Source of the DNA: a virus
Taxonomy: Duplodnaviria > Caudoviricetes
Reading direction: 5' to 3' (one strand)
DNA length: 64,000 nt
IMG/VR virus record: IMGVR_UViG_3300050336_000035
Location: 64,001-128,000 of that record
In this document: positions 10,628 to 21,039 of the stretch, in pieces
How the letters are laid out: each line of letters starts with the position of its first letter
Numbering within the stretch: position 1 is the stretch's first letter
Made by a program: the position numbers and the translations under genes
Notes under the pieces: model-generated
The model's database searches: none
What the model was told of the DNA's origin: nothing
What the model saw: the letters and a program-made list of their open reading frames with translations, nothing else

Positions 10628-11449
10628 ATGAGTGAATATAAATTAATAAATGTAAGAGTTTTTCATCCTGCGGCTAAAGACGTTAAAGAAAGATGTGAAT
10701 ATACATATTGTAATAATTGTGAGAATTGTGAATTATATAAACAAAGAAAATGCCTACATGACTATAGATATTTTGGTTGTATTCAATGTCCTTATGGAAA
10801 ATATTCTCAGGAACAAGGATATACTCAAAAAGCGAAATCATTTTATAGTTGGATGAATAATAAAAAAGAGACTTACAAAGATGTTTTAAATGCAGTTGAA
10901 TTTTATACCGATAAACTTGCAAAAGTCGGAGAATACATATATCTTCCATATCCTCATTTAAAAAACTATGTAAATTCTTTAAATGGACTAATAAATGAAC
11001 ATTTTTTAAAAGAAGCTGATTTTACAAGTCAGAAAATATTAGAAATTATTAACTTTAGACCACAGGCATTAATGGGTGGAGAAATAAGAGATTTTCAGAT
11101 AAAAGAAGTGCCTAAGTTTATTCAACATTTAAAAGAAGAACTTCCAGAAAAATATAATGAATTTGTTAAAACATATCCAGAGAAAACTAAGCAATACTCA
11201 GAAATAGCAAGTAATTATATTGGAAGAAAAGCTTATATTAAAACATTAAAAATAGGTACTGCTGTAGTAGATATACATGGAGATAGTTTTATATTTGATG
11301 GAGAGTACTTATATAATGAAAATTTTAAACCTAGTTTTGCTCCATTTGATACTAAAGGTGGATTATTTAAGTTTAAAGTTACTGATGATATGGTAGTAAA
11401 AATAACAAACAATGAACAAGTAATTAATACTACAAAATTTATAGATTAA
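10628..11449 (+). CDS. Hypothetical phage protein with Cys-rich N-terminus
   Basis: 273-aa ORF with SD and CxxCxxC cluster. Confidence 0.7.
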   Translation: MSEYKLINVRVFHPAAKDVKERCEYTYCNNCENCELYKQRKCLHDYRYFGCIQCPYGKYSQEQGYTQKAKSFYSWMNNKKETYKDVLNAVEFYTDKLAKVGEYIYLPYPHLKNYVNSLNGLINEHFLKEADFTSQKILEIINFRPQALMGGEIRDFQIKEVPKFIQHLKEELPEKYNEFVKTYPEKTKQYSEIASNYIGRKAYIKTLKIGTAVVDIHGDSFIFDGEYLYNENFKPSFAPFDTKGGLFKFKVTDDMVVKITNNEQVINTTKFID

Positions 11450-12087
11450 ATCAAACTTCGATTTCATGGAAAGGACGGTAAGTATGGAAAATAATATATA
11501 TTTTATATCTACAAATGATAAACCTGTTAAATTAATAATAGAAAATCAAAATGACACAACAACAAAAACAGAGAAATATAAAAAGACATTATATGAAGTG
11601 CTAAAAAACGAATTGAGATTTAACCACACACTAAGAAGAAATTTAACTAAACAACAAATACATACAGAAAATGGTAAATTAAAACATGGAAGATTTAATG
11701 AAGTTATTAATTTCTTAATTAAAAGAGGAGTATCAAAAGAATATATAGAAACTGAAGTTAATCAAGAAAGAGAAAGAGTAGTATTTAGTACAAGAATAAA
11801 TATTCCAATCAGCAATATTTCAGACAATAGATTTGGAATTATCAATTTAACATAAAATTTCTATTTTATAACATGTAAGGAGTGATAAATATGCCATTTT
11901 TAACAGGATTGATAGGATGTTTAATAATTAGTTTATGGGTAATAGGTCTTATTAAAGGCAATGAAGTAGCTTGTGATTGGTATGGAGCTAAAGGTAATTG
12001 GTTTATTTTTATATATTTAGTGTTATCAGTTTTAATTGCTGACGGAATATTTAATATTATTACTAGAATATAGAAAGGGACTACATA

Positions 12088-12363
12088 ATGGATAATAGGA
12101 TAAAAGTTTTAGATTGGGTCAATTCTGAAAGAGATAGACAAGAGTCTAAATGGGGAGAACAAAATCATACTCCTGAAAAATGGGTAGGGATTTTAGGTGA
12201 AGAATATGGGGAGTTTTGTGAGGCAATAAATGAAACAGTTTTCTTTAATAATACTACTAAAGGTGGTTATGAAAATATGAAAAATGAAGCAATACAGACT
12301 GCTGCTGTAGCAATTGCTTTTGTAGAATGTTTGGAAAGAAATAAAGAAAAGTGGGGTTTATAA
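12088..12363 (+). CDS. MazG-like nucleotide pyrophosphohydrolase
   Basis: ILGEEYGEFCEA...EAIQTAAV all-alpha NTP-PPase pattern. Confidence 0.75.
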   Translation: MDNRIKVLDWVNSERDRQESKWGEQNHTPEKWVGILGEEYGEFCEAINETVFFNNTTKGGYENMKNEAIQTAAVAIAFVECLERNKEKWGL

Positions 12364-12630
12364 AACCAAACCAAATGACACTTCTATAGCATTTAAAGAA
12401 AGGCTTTTATATGAGAAAAGATGGATTAACTGAGCAAGAAGGAAAAATAATGGATTCATTAGTAGATGCTTGGAATGAATTTATTAAATTAGATAGACAG
12501 CATCCTTGTGAAATTAATGATTTTGCAGACGGAATACATAGATGTCAATATCAATTGACTATGAGAATATTAAGAAGAGATTATCCAGAAGGATATCCAA
12601 TAAAAATATAATTCTAAAGGAGATAAATAT

Positions 12631-12876
12631 ATGAAAATTGAAATTAAAGGCGATAGTAATAGTAAACAACTAATAAAAATGCTTGCATGGATTGAATTGT
12701 TAGGTAATGTAGGGCACAGTGCTTCATTTAAAGTATTTGCTGATGGAGATGGTTCTACTAGATGGAAGTTCAAATTTGAAGATGAAGAACAACAGAAAGA
12801 GTTTGATTTATTGAGAAAAGAATTGTGTAAAGTACATATTGATGGAAATAAGGATATAGAATATTTTTCTATATAA
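12631..12876 (+). CDS. Hypothetical protein, paralog of 57004..57249
   Basis: Near-identical 81-aa sequence (MLAWIELLGNVGHSA.FKVFADGDGSTRWKFKFE). Confidence 0.8.
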   Translation: MKIEIKGDSNSKQLIKMLAWIELLGNVGHSASFKVFADGDGSTRWKFKFEDEEQQKEFDLLRKELCKVHIDGNKDIEYFSI

Positions 12877-14496
12877 CATGATGAAACAGCTCATTTATCA
12901 TGAGTGGAAAGGATAAAAATGTTAGAAAATATGAACACAGCTAGTCCATTTTTAACAGGTATAATTGAAGGTGAATTTATGACTTATTGTTATCAAGTTA
13001 AATGTGGTAGTAAACCTATAGCATTCACAACTTTAAAAACTAAATATATTGATTTAGCGGTATCTTATGTAAAAGAGAAATACAGTCTTAATACTTATAT
13101 TGAGGAAATAGAAAATTGTCCTGAATGGAAGATTATTTATATATACAAGCATGATTATCTAATAGAAATAATTAAATACTTACCTAAGAATCCTCAAACT
13201 TCTTATGACCATTGGATAATTGGGAAAGCATGTGGATATTCAGATGATGCTATTGGCGAATTTCTTAGTAAAAGAGTTGTAAAATAATATAATAAAAACC
13301 CAATTTGCTTCTGATTTTTGGAAAGGAGAATATTATGACAGCATTAAAATTGTATAAGTTTATTCAAGAAAATGATATAGAGCTTCGTTGGGAAGATGAA
13401 GAATTAATTGCATGGGTTGGATTTCATTGTATTAGTGAATTTACAGACATGATAGGATATGATTATTTATCAGATGGAGGATTAGATGCAAATTTACAAT
13501 ATCATTGTCTTGCTTTAGATATTGTTCCTATATGTGAATACTTTGATATTGAACCTACAGATATATTAGAAAAGGAATAATAAAAACACAATGAAATTCC
13601 ATTTTCATGTGGTTTGAAAGGAGTAATTTAAAACTATGAGATTAATAACAATTGTTGAAAATAAAATAGATATTGGAGATATTTTTATTTTTTCAGATTG
13701 TAATGCATTCATGATTAGTAAATTAGAAGATTTATATTTAGCAACACAATTATTAAATAATGGAAATAGAGAGTTAGGATTTGTTGATTATTCTGACAAG
13801 AATATATATAAATTAAAAGAAAGATTATGTCATGATTACGGAACGCCAAAAAATATAGTTCATATGAAAGATGTGAATTTATCTATATTTTAGATAAAAC
13901 CATTCTTTGGTTGTAATATAGGAGACTTAATAAAGAAATTTAAGGAGAAATTGTTATGGGAATGTATACAGGAATTAGATTTAAGGGATATGTTAAACCT
14001 CAATTTAGAGAAGATTTTGAAGGAATAGCATTAAGCGGTGATTGGAATGAATCTAACGATGAAGTATTTAGAACTTTTGGTCAGATAGGTAGGTCTGGGT
14101 TTATACCATGTGGCGGTTTATCATATATGCCTGATGAATGGGAAGTGTATGATGAATCATTAAAGGGTTCATATGATTATTATCGGTTAGCAAAGGCTAC
14201 CGATGGTTTTGAAAGAACTTGGAACAAAGATACAGGTTATTGGACTTTTCAATGTAGCTTAAAGAATTATGAAGATGAAATTGAAGAATGGTTCAAAATC
14301 GTTCCATATTTTATTGATAAGATAGAGCATCTAGAATATTTCTATGAAGAATGGACGTATAGCCAACAATATGATTTAGTTGATGGAAAAATCGAATTAA
14401 TAAATGATAGATTTAGAAAATACGGATATGAAGATTAATATTAACATAAATCTTATCTTTTATGCACTTTTAATATTATTATAATTTTTAAGGAGA

Positions 14497-15312
14497 GTGA
14501 TTACTATTTCGAAAATAGTAAATGATAAATATTATACTTCGCCAGAATTGGCAGAATACATAGTTAATAAAACAAAAGAAGTAATAGGTGTAGAAAACAT
14601 TTCAGAATATTTAGAATCATCAGCAGGGGCAGGAGTGTTTTTAGATTATCTTGATAAACCTTACATAGCTTATGATATTGAGCCTGAAGATGATAGAATT
14701 ATTAAACAAGATTTTCTTAGTCTAAATTTAGATTACAAAAAGAATAGATGCATTATAGGAAATCCACCTTATGGAGAAAAGAATGTTTTATCAGTTCAAT
14801 TCTTTAAAAAAGCTTTAGAGTTAGGTGACTATATAGTATTTATACTTCCTATTAGTCAATATAAAAATAATTATCAAATGTTTGAATTTGATATGATTTA
14901 TAGTGAAGACTTAGGATTACAACATTATACCGATAGAGATTTACAATGTTGCTTGAATATCTATAAAAGACCTAAAAATGGTTTAAATAAGAAACCGAAC
15001 TACAAGCTTAAAGACGTTGAAATAAAAGAAAATAGGCGAACAGGACAACAAATATCCGATATTAAAGATTATGATGTGGGCATTTGTTCTTTTGGAAGTG
15101 GAATTATAGGTAGGCAACCTCAATATCAAGGACAATATGCTAAAGAATTTTATTTTAAAATACATAATGATAACTTGAAAAATAGAATAATTGAATTAAT
15201 ATCAACTACCGACTGGGAATTGGAAGTTTGTAACGGAATAAGTGGTCAGACTAATTTAGCTCAATGGCAAGTATATAAATACATAAAAGAACAAATTCCA
15301 GAAATTCAGTAA
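14497..15312 (+). CDS. SAM-dependent amino-DNA methyltransferase (N6A/N4C), paralog of 58653..59456
   Basis: DKYYT, E.SAG.G.F SAM-binding motif, IGNPPY catalytic motif. Confidence 0.85.
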   Translation: MITISKIVNDKYYTSPELAEYIVNKTKEVIGVENISEYLESSAGAGVFLDYLDKPYIAYDIEPEDDRIIKQDFLSLNLDYKKNRCIIGNPPYGEKNVLSVQFFKKALELGDYIVFILPISQYKNNYQMFEFDMIYSEDLGLQHYTDRDLQCCLNIYKRPKNGLNKKPNYKLKDVEIKENRRTGQQISDIKDYDVGICSFGSGIIGRQPQYQGQYAKEFYFKIHNDNLKNRIIELISTTDWELEVCNGISGQTNLAQWQVYKYIKEQIPEIQ

Positions 15313-15396
15313 GTTTGTCACATAATTATAATATGATAATCGAAGTATACGAGAGATTGTAAGAGTAAACAGAAGTTATAGTTTACCAATTTATGA

Positions 15397-15487
15397 ATGA
15401 AAACGCTGATTCATTCACTTTTTAAAAGTGATTTATGGTATCTGAACTAATGTCCGCTTAACCAACAAGCATATTGAATCAATGCTT
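15397..15487 (-). ncRNA. Putative guide/omega-RNA scaffold, left end of cassette 1 (reads outward)
   Basis: Minus strand: AAGCATTGATTCAATATGCTT-GTTGGTTAAGCG-GACATTAGTTC-AGATACCATAAATCACTTTTAAAAAGTGA-ATGAAT; homologous to three other copies; has its own promoter. Confidence 0.7.
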
Positions 15488-15494
15488 AATTAGA

Positions 15495-15523
15495 ATTATA
15501 ATAGTAATTGTAATAATTGTCAA
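15495..15523 (-). promoter_or_regulatory. Consensus SigA promoter driving the left scaffold RNA
   Basis: Minus strand TTGACA(15523-15518)-17bp-TATAAT(15500-15495); no ORF downstream. Confidence 0.8.
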
Positions 15524-15653
15524 TACTTTTAGTATTTTATCGTTATTAATATAAATTATGTTGACATTGTAGTTCAATTAATGTATACTAATAATTGTAA
15601 GATAACATCTCTTCCCCGTTACTACATAATATTATATAATAGCTTATGGGAGA

Positions 15654-15866
15654 GTGATATATATGGTTAAGAATAGGTTAAAAGAAATATTAGATGACAG
15701 AGGAATTAAACAAAAATGGTTAGCTGAAAAAGCAAATGTTAAAGAAAACACATTATCAGGTATCATAAATAATAAAACCGTAACAAGTGTAGATATAGCA
15801 ATAAGAATTGCAAAAGTTTTAGAAATGCCTGTTGAAGATATATTTCAAGACCAAGATTCATTTTAA
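15654..15866 (+). CDS. Cro/C1-type HTH transcriptional regulator (likely start 15663)
   Basis: NRLKEILDDRGIKQKWLAEK...TLS.I...A.RIAKVL..VEDIF HTH_3 pattern; promoter TTGACA(15561)-17-TATACT. Confidence 0.9.
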   Translation: MIYMVKNRLKEILDDRGIKQKWLAEKANVKENTLSGIINNKTVTSVDIAIRIAKVLEMPVEDIFQDQDSF

Positions 15867-15980
15867 CAGAATTATTATTCATTATTCTGAATTTTTATAT
15901 TGACATATTGAATTTATTCCCTTATAATAAAAATGTAAGTTAAAGGTTGCAACCACACTTACCAAATTTATTATAAGGGA

Positions 15981-16448
15981 GTGTCTAATATGAAATTAGA
16001 AAAATTGAATCAGTTGGGTAAAGAATGTAGTTTAAGGAAATTATCTCAATTCTTAGGTATGAGGGTTGAAGTAAGTATTAATACTCATACTCATAATAAC
16101 AATTTAATGTGTACATATTTCTATGAAAGTTTCGATTTTGATGCAGGTGAATTTATACTATGTCTATTTGATAAGAAAGATGAAACATTAAATACTAGGA
16201 TTAATAATGAATTAATTTTAGAAGTAAAAAATCTAACTGAAGATTTATATGATGATGTAATTCATATCTATACAAATGATTTTATCTTATCCATTACAAC
16301 ATTAGAACAGAAACTTATCCTTCCTAAATGCAATCATTGTGGCAAAGAAATTGAGCATAATGAATACTGGTTATCTGGAGCTTATGGTGATTTGAGATTA
16401 TGCGAAGATTGCTCTTATCCATTATATCCAATCAGTGAAGAAAATTAA
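15981..16448 (+). CDS. Conserved partner protein of the TnpB-like gene, C-terminal Zn ribbon
   Basis: CNHC...CEDC; paralog at 42604 in the same position. Confidence 0.8.
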   Translation: MSNMKLEKLNQLGKECSLRKLSQFLGMRVEVSINTHTHNNNLMCTYFYESFDFDAGEFILCLFDKKDETLNTRINNELILEVKNLTEDLYDDVIHIYTNDFILSITTLEQKLILPKCNHCGKEIEHNEYWLSGAYGDLRLCEDCSYPLYPISEEN

Positions 16449-16475
16449 AAATATGAGTAGAAAGGAGGAGTAATC

Positions 16476-17879
16476 ATGGCTATGGAAATGAGAGCAATCA
16501 AATTTTATTCCAATAATAAAACTACAACTGAAGATTTTAATCGAGGCATTAACTTTTTAACCGAATGCCAAGAAGTTGAAAATAAGCTATTAGAATATTA
16601 CTGGACTAACTTTAATGAAGTTATTAGTGTTAGAACTTGGATTGATTTCTATAGTAAAAGAATTATGATTACTTCTCCTTCTACTAAATTTCAGCATTAT
16701 ATGCAAATACTTCACATGGTTTATATGCAATTAAAAAGTTTAGAAGAAAAAACTAAGCAAAAGGTTCACTTTAAATTTGAAGATAAAATGCAACAACGCA
16801 TTTACAATTACTGTAGTAAGTTTGTTTTTGACTGGGATAGACTTGAAAAGTACATTAATAAACAAGTTAAAGAATATAAAAAGAAAGATAAGAAATATTA
16901 TGATTTCTTAATGGAAGTAAAAAATATAATAGACAATGACTTATACTTCTTAACTTTACAACAAGATATTGAAAATAAGTTTTGGGAGTTAAAAAACAAA
17001 ATAAATCTACCTAGAAAGAAGTCTAAACAAATTTGGGCTACTACGTTTCATACCGTAGATATTGAGAAGTATGAGGGTTATTGGATTTTTGTTATTGATA
17101 CTAATAAGTTTATTACTAAACGTAAAATGGAAAATTTCAGAATAGTAGTAGATATATCAGATTATCATAATAGTATATTAGATAATTATAATTTAAATAA
17201 CACTTTTACTATTAAATTTAATAATTATGATAGATTTGAAATTATTGGTGTATATGAAAAAGAAATTATTTATCCTGAACCTAAACCTACTAAAACAATT
17301 GGTATTGATATTGGCTTAAAGAATTTAATTGTATCTTCCGATGGTGATTATATTGAGCAGAATAAAACAATATTAAAGAAAGCTCAAAAATTAATTAAGA
17401 ATCAAGCAAATAGACAAAGTTTAGAAGCACATATGAAAAAGAAATTAGATAACGAAAATTATACTCTACCTGATAAAAATTATATGAAGAAGCAGAACAA
17501 ACTAAGTAGATTTGTTCAATGTGATAATCGTTATAAAGTTAAACAATTTCTCAAAGGTAAAGAAGATACCCATATCATTATGGAAGACTTACAATTAAAT
17601 GATGCTAAGACTTATAGTAAAGAAGTAAATTATATGCTTAGAAGAATGAAGATTCAAGGGGTTAAAAATGATATTTTAAAGTATACAAAAGAAATGGGTA
17701 TAAAGACAACACAAGTAAATCCAAGATATACAAGTATTGATTGCCCTATCTGTGGAAATAGAGACAAACAAAATAGACAAACACAAGAATTATTTAAATG
17801 TACTAAATGTAGTCATACAGATAATGCAGACCATAATGCTAGTGTTAATATTGAAAATAGATATTTGAAAGCACAATGA
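16476..17879 (+). CDS. tnpB: TnpB/Cas12f-like RNA-guided endonuclease, RuvC triad intact
   Basis: RuvC-I IGIDIG, RuvC-II IMEDL, YTS.DCP.CG...C.KC Zn ribbon, RuvC-III NADHNAS.NI. Confidence 0.88.
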   Translation: MAMEMRAIKFYSNNKTTTEDFNRGINFLTECQEVENKLLEYYWTNFNEVISVRTWIDFYSKRIMITSPSTKFQHYMQILHMVYMQLKSLEEKTKQKVHFKFEDKMQQRIYNYCSKFVFDWDRLEKYINKQVKEYKKKDKKYYDFLMEVKNIIDNDLYFLTLQQDIENKFWELKNKINLPRKKSKQIWATTFHTVDIEKYEGYWIFVIDTNKFITKRKMENFRIVVDISDYHNSILDNYNLNNTFTIKFNNYDRFEIIGVYEKEIIYPEPKPTKTIGIDIGLKNLIVSSDGDYIEQNKTILKKAQKLIKNQANRQSLEAHMKKKLDNENYTLPDKNYMKKQNKLSRFVQCDNRYKVKQFLKGKEDTHIIMEDLQLNDAKTYSKEVNYMLRRMKIQGVKNDILKYTKEMGIKTTQVNPRYTSIDCPICGNRDKQNRQTQELFKCTKCSHTDNADHNASVNIENRYLKAQ

Positions 17880-17888
17880 GGATATGTT

Positions 17889-18086
17889 ATGAATGATGGA
17901 TATTATGAAACAATTGGATTTTTAGGACAAAAATTTACTTGGTATTTTTCAAATGATTCATGTGTTGTAGTTAATGAAGCCACTGAAGAAGAATGCGAGT
18001 TTCCTATTTCAAAAATTAGTATTACAAATGATACAATAAAAATTAAAGGAAGCCATTCTTTTACAATTTTACCTTTGGATAACTAA
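17889..18086 (+). CDS. Hypothetical protein inserted between the nuclease gene and the right scaffold (cassette 1 only)
   Basis: 65-aa ORF with SD GAGGA; absent from cassette 2. Confidence 0.6.
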   Translation: MNDGYYETIGFLGQKFTWYFSNDSCVVVNEATEEECEFPISKISITNDTIKIKGSHSFTILPLDN

Positions 18087-18104
18087 GTGAATATTTCAAT
18101 AAAA

Positions 18105-18195
18105 AGGCATTTATTTATATGCCTGTAGGTTAAGCGTACTTTAGTACAGACACCACAAATCACTTTATAATAAGTGAATAAATAACGTGTTTTAT
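18105..18195 (+). ncRNA. Putative guide/omega-RNA scaffold, right end of cassette 1
   Basis: AGGCAT..ATGCCT-GTAGGTTAAGCG-TACTTTAGTAC-AGACACCACAAATCACTTTATAATAAGTGA-ATAAAT, covarying with the left copy. Confidence 0.7.
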
Positions 18196-18232
18196 TTACT
18201 TTTAGTTATTAATATAATATGGAGGTTAATTT

Positions 18233-18994
18233 TTGGCACATAGAAAATATAAAGATACTCATAGAATAAATGAACAAGGTTTAGAAGAAAAACAGTGTAG
18301 AGATTGTAATGAATGGCTTTTAATGAATAATACATACTTTAACACAGTAAATGGGAAGAAAGATAAATTAAATGACAGATGTAAAATATGCCAAGACATT
18401 TATCAAAGAATCAATTATTTAAAAAATGCCGACAAACAAAGAGAAAAAGCTAAAAAGAGAAGACTTGAAAAACTACCTGAAATTACTGAATATTTTTTGC
18501 AGTATTATAAAAACAATAGAGAGTCTATGAAAGCAAAAAATAAACAGTATAAAAAGGAACATTCTGAATATTATAAAGAAAATAGCAGAAAATTTAGACA
18601 GTCTGAACGTGGTCGTGAAAGATGTAAAATTTATAACAGGAAACATAGAATCAAAAAACACCAAATAACTAATAAGGAATGGGAAAATTGTAAAAAGTAT
18701 TTTGATTACAAATGTTGTTATTGTGGGCTTCCATTATCAGAACATTATTATACCAGAAAAGGTATTACAAAACTAGGAGATTTTCACAAGGAACATATTA
18801 TAGATGATGGGAAGAATGATTTAAGTAATTGTGTTCCTAGCTGTCAATCTTGTAATAGTAGTAAAAGAGAGTACTCTTTACATACATGGTATAACCCTCA
18901 AAATCCTTTTTATGATAAAGATAGATATCATAAATTGTATTTATGGATTAGATATGATTATAAAAAATACATAAAAAAGAAAAAGATAAAATAG
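18233..18994 (+). CDS. HNH endonuclease
   Basis: CCYCG...HKEH...N.LSNCVPSCQSCNSSK; paralog of 47316..48203. Confidence 0.85.
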   Translation: MAHRKYKDTHRINEQGLEEKQCRDCNEWLLMNNTYFNTVNGKKDKLNDRCKICQDIYQRINYLKNADKQREKAKKRRLEKLPEITEYFLQYYKNNRESMKAKNKQYKKEHSEYYKENSRKFRQSERGRERCKIYNRKHRIKKHQITNKEWENCKKYFDYKCCYCGLPLSEHYYTRKGITKLGDFHKEHIIDDGKNDLSNCVPSCQSCNSSKREYSLHTWYNPQNPFYDKDRYHKLYLWIRYDYKKYIKKKKIK

Positions 18995-19740
18995 GAAAGG
19001 AGAAAATTAATATATGATATATCAGTTTACAGCTTATTATGGAGCGTTAATAAGAGATAAGGTGATTTACTCTATGGAATTAAGCTTCAATGATTGTACT
19101 AAATTTTTAACTGAAGATATTGATAGTGAACCATATAAAGATTACATAGCTAAAAAGATTATTGCTGATGGATTCAATCCAAATGATTTCACTTTTGATT
19201 GGTTAACCAAAGAACAGTATAAAAATAAAATTGAATCAAAAGTTGATGAGAGATATGAATTTGATGAGAATAATTTTACTAAGAAAGGAATAGAATAATA
19301 TGTTTAAGAAATTAAAAATTAAGTATAAAAAGTCAAGTCAAAATGTACATATTATATGGATGACATGGGGCAAGAAATTTAGATGGATAAGTTTTGAATG
19401 TAGTACTCCTGCATGGTGGCTACCTAAATATGAGAAGTTTAATAAAGGTACTAGATTTGGATGGTTAGTATTTGCTATTGGTACAGGAGTTGTTACTAGA
19501 GAACAAATGGACGCACTTAATATGATGCAAATTCAATAATATAATGAAACAATGATTTTCTTCACTTTTTTCCTAACTAACATGGTGAGATTCCATGTTA
19601 ATATAGACTTCATATAGAGTGACTTACTATTATGCCCCTACGGGCTTTATATAGATTTAAATAATCTTATGAATATTAATATAATATGTAACACTTGACA
19701 ATATTAAAATAATATACTATAATAAAGAGGTGGTAAACAA

Positions 19741-19944
19741 ATGTGTGAAATGAGAGGATATAGTCCAAGAGAATTTAAGATGATACTTGATAAAAATGGA
19801 TGGAAACCGAACCATCAAAAAGGGACACACTGTACATATATTAAAGATGGAATGTCATATCATATTACCTTTTCTGATAAAGGTAAAGAATTGAGTAGGC
19901 CATTGGTAAAACGGATAATAAAGGAAGCACATTTAGTTGTGTGA
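19741..19944 (+). CDS. hicA: HicA-family mRNA interferase-like protein
   Basis: REF..IL.KNGW....KGTH......I.......EL...LVK.I.K.A pattern; promoter TTGACA(19695)-17-TATAAT. Confidence 0.75.
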   Translation: MCEMRGYSPREFKMILDKNGWKPNHQKGTHCTYIKDGMSYHITFSDKGKELSRPLVKRIIKEAHLVV

Positions 19945-21039
19945 TTAGTAATATAATTATAGAAAGGATTTATTACATATGTGGATTAGAACACAGGATA
20001 GAAAAATATTAGTAGAAATTAAAACTAAAATTGAAATTATTCATGATGATGAAGATATAGATATACCAATTGGAATATTTAATTTTGATTCAGGGCTTAC
20101 ACTTTTAGGCGAATATAAAACTATGGAGAGAGCATTAGAAGTTATTGATGATATTCAACTTAAATTATCAGAATATGAAGCATTTAAGTCAAGGAATGTT
20201 TTAGAAAGTGTTGATACATGTTTTTGTATGCCGTTAGAATAGTGTACATAGAATATATGTATGATTCTGTTTTTAAAGAGAGGAATAAATTTATGAATCA
20301 CGAAACAAAAGAAATCATAATTAATAATGATGTAATCCCCGTAGATAAAGAAATGGCAGATGTAATAATTACCTTAAATAAATTAGGATATAAAACCAGT
20401 GGTTGTTGTATTGGCAATGAAGGAAATAATTCTGCATGGATAATTATTCAAGAAATAAACGAAGATAAAATGATTAACTTAATGAAAAAATTAGATAATT
20501 GTTGTTATCAGTTAACTAAGCAGTTATATAAGAAAAAATCAGATAATATAATTTATGTACAATATAAATTAGAAACACCAGAAGGGAATATACCTAATAG
20601 GATATTGTGGGTTAATCAGTGGGCAAATATTCTAGAATGGTGTGATATAGCTACACAATGTTATACAGATTATAAAACTCAAAATCAAATTATAAATTAT
20701 AATACTGTAGATAAATTATTTCAATAAAATGTTTATTTTATTTAGAGTGAGGTGATTAAAATTAAATTAATTAGTAATGTAAAATTAATATCAAATAAGA
20801 AAAATGGTAACTGGTTTTTATGGTTTACCCATAATGAAAAGCATTATTGCATCTTTTGGGAGTGTTCTAAACCTGTATGGTGGATTCCAAAGATTGATAA
20901 AAGTACTACTTATATAAGATTTGGATGGTTACTATTTTCTTTTGGTTTTGGTAAACATCCAAAAGAGAACAAGACAAAGACACTTGACAAATTATTTTAT
21001 TAATGTTAAAATAAATTTAGACAATATGAAAGGAGATTT

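Larger units (their letters stand above)
15397..18195. mobile_element. TnpB/Cas12f-like nuclease cassette 1 (no transposase), with inverted RNA-scaffold ends
   Basis: Bounded by junction sites ATGAAA-ACGCTG-ATTCAT and ATAAAT-AACGTG-TTTTAT; same architecture repeated at 42003-44573. Confidence 0.75.

Noticed and set aside
16476-17879. Nuclease-dead TnpB (TldR or dCas12f-type regulator)
   Set aside because: All three RuvC acidic residues (GID, MED, NAD) are present in both copies.
15397-18195. Type V CRISPR-Cas locus or CRISPR array near the Cas12f-like genes
   Set aside because: No tandem repeat-spacer array and no cas1/cas2/cas4 gene are visible; the repeats are single scaffold copies at the cassette ends.
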